From: Acidobacteriota bacterium | GTDB taxonomy: Bacteria; Acidobacteriota; UBA890; WLXD01 | Reading direction: 5' to 3' | DNA: 64,000 nt | NCBI GenBank assembly: GCA_965248695.1 | Contig: CBDFKD010000002.1 | Location: forward strand, 288,001-352,000 | In this document: piece after piece, positions 63,698 to 64,000 of the stretch | How positions within the stretch are numbered: position 1 is the stretch's first letter | Layout of the letters: each line of letters starts with the position of its first letter | Position numbers and translations under genes: made by a program | Notes under the pieces: generated by a model | Told to the model about the DNA's origin: nothing | The model's database searches: none | Seen by the model: the letters and a program-made list of their open reading frames with translations, nothing else

Positions 63698-64000
63698 CAA
63701 TAGACACTCCTGTCTTGCCAACGCCTCGCAGCGCGAGACGAGCGAGCATGATCGGAACTTCCACGCCACCGTGCGGCTATCGAACCCGGTTCGGTGGGCC
63801 GCCACAGCGCTGCATGGTAGGCGCGGCCCGGGGTTGAGGTGCATTCCAGCACCCGCCTCGCTGCTCTTCCACTGGGAGGCTCCCAGTGCGCGGCCAACGG
63901 ATCATCCAGGGCTGCCGCCTAGTGTCCTGTAACAGGCCACTAGCGTCGCCGGACCCGATGAAACCCTCGGCTCGAGCCCGAGAACCGCGGGTTGACCACG

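Overview
High-GC bacterial window, probably Acidobacteriota (VWFA-related and ADOP-type permease genes). It begins inside a formate dehydrogenase operon (fdnG-fdnH-fdnI-fdhE). From about 4.3 to 15.5 kb lies a heavily decayed accessory region. It holds IS3 and two kinds of IS256, gene fragments, a higBA-like module, a truncated tyrosine recombinase, three copies of a ~75-bp repeat, and a 255-bp unit in which a 28-bp inverted repeat brackets an unannotated 37-aa basic peptide. The middle part has mostly housekeeping and transport genes, a pseudogenised BNR/VPS10 gene, a reductive-dehalogenase-like/DUF1326/DUF2182 operon and two vapBC pairs. At 37.7-50.2 kb an ADOP permease is split by nested insertions. 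These are an IS1595-family transporter element carrying a fused restriction-modification gene plus S subunit (itself hit by IS3 and IS256) and an IS21; all four have exact target-site duplications. The window ends with peptidases, a sigma54 regulator and an SBP56-membrane protein-peroxiredoxin cluster. All calls come from reading motifs by eye; no database searches were run.
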